DNA of 64,000 nucleotides from Synechococcus sp. (lineage in GTDB: Bacteria > Cyanobacteriota > Cyanobacteriia > PCC-6307 > Cyanobiaceae), in assembly GCA_047285535.1 (NCBI GenBank), contig JBJBDC010000001.1, forward strand, positions 608,136-672,135. The letters are read 5' to 3'. Made by a program: the position numbers and the translations under genes. Shown in pieces: positions 63,193 to 64,000 of the stretch; position 1 is the stretch's first letter; every line of letters starts with the position of its first letter. The notes under the pieces are model-generated. The model was not told where the DNA came from and did not search any database. It saw nothing but the letters and a program-made list of their open reading frames with translations.

Positions 63193-63290
63193 CGGGTCAC
63201 AAGTGAACTGATCACAGCACTCACTAGCCCCAAACCTTCACAATCACATCGAATCCAATCACCACAGCTTATGGAGCCAGCCCCTTCCGG

Positions 63291-63528
63291 TAGTGCTCTA
63301 GTTCGTGGTTTGGTTAGTGGTTCAAGGAGGGTTTCGTTACGATTAAACTTTGAGAACTATTGCAATCATTGGGGTGAACCGCTCTGCCGTGGGAGCCCCA
63401 GTGTTCGACCTGGAGTTACCAGAAGGGGTGAAAGATTTCGTGAGGATTCGTTTCCAGCTACAGGGCCGGTTTACGGCACCAACACGACAGTCACCCCAAG
63501 TCGAAAGAGAGTCAGATCAGAGCACTAG
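63291..63528 (+). ncRNA. ssrS: 6S RNA
   Basis: Cyanobacterial 6S-like core (GGGAGCCCCAGTGTTC...GTTACCAGAAGG...TTTCCAGCTAC...ACGGCAC...CGAAAGAG), next to the purK 3' end; TAGTGCTCT 63291-63299 pairs with AGAGCACTA 63519-63527; ends approximate, strand from recalled homologues. Confidence 0.85.
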
Positions 63529-63557
63529 AAAAAGGCTGTCACCAACAAAGCAGTTCT

Positions 63558-64000
63558 CTACCAATTTAAGGGAAGAGGCCAAATTTCACGTATCGTTTCC
63601 AACATTTGTTGTGCATGCTTTCCGCGCTCCTCAGCTGTGTTGCCGTTGAGAAGGGTTGTAACGTGACCAACTTTTCGCCCAGGAGTTTCTTCTTTCCCAT
63701 ACCAGTGGAGATACACCTCCTCAATCATGCTTAATTTAGAAAGACGTTCTTCCAGTGGTTCGCCATAATCAGCATTCAATCCAAGCAGATTAACCATTAA
63801 AGAACCGTCAGCAACCAATTCTGGGTTAGGCACCTCCAGCCCCGCAGTGATACAAAGCTGTTGATCAAACTGGCTACTGGAACAAGCCTCAATGGAAAAA
63901 TGACCTGAATTATGAGTTCTAGGAGCGATTTCATTAACATAAATGCCCGTTGAGCCGTAGAACAACTCCAACGTCATCACCCCTACATAACTAAGCTTCG
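63558..64000 (-). CDS. purK: N5-carboxyaminoimidazole ribonucleotide synthase, 3' part
   Basis: VNEIAPRTHNSGH, MVNLLG, HWYGK, GRKVGHVT; runs off the window end. Confidence 0.95.
   Translation of the reverse strand, partial: KLSYVGVMTLELFYGSTGIYVNEIAPRTHNSGHFSIEACSSSQFDQQLCITAGLEVPNPELVADGSLMVNLLGLNADYGEPLEERLSKLSMIEEVYLHWYGKEETPGRKVGHVTTLLNGNTAEERGKHAQQMLETIREIWPLPLNW

Noticed and set aside
63271..63649. 85-aa and 99-aa plus-strand ORFs
   Set aside because: They overlap the 6S RNA (the 99-aa one also the purK 3' end) and have no protein-like features.

Overview
Segment of a marine picocyanobacterial chromosome, most likely marine Synechococcus, judged from gene content and order (psaK, psb29, petN, ggpS with a ggt-type transporter, cyanobacterial hfq). 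Most of it is core genome: uvrC (partial), coaD, cdv3-like, dacB, cysteine desulfurase, dapF, hfq, leuS, pgi, purN, argC, ribBA, mtnP, murQ, dnaJ/dnaK, pstCAB, tRNA-Ser(GGA), hisZ, htpG, rpmB, ggpS, ggtBCDA, csaB, psaK, dxs, ilvA, scpB, pyk, ftsH, clpP, psb29, petN, clpS, 6S RNA and purK (partial). Two accessory regions stand out. (1) A ~3.4-kb decayed tyrosine-integrase element (about 6594-10032) appears to have integrated at codons 4-5 of dapF. It supplies a replacement start (MLSF), leaves what looks like the original start (MLQF) stranded next to hfq, has paired CTAGG(C/T)CCA repeats at both ends, and carries an intact secreted protein with PPVYQ repeats. (2) An AT-rich region upstream of the 6S RNA gene holds a 46-bp copy of an internal 6S segment, a frame with three TGA stops, and small orphan ORFs. 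The ORF track misses uvrC, petN and a 49-aa membrane ORF directly after petN. All calls were made by eye; no database searches were run.
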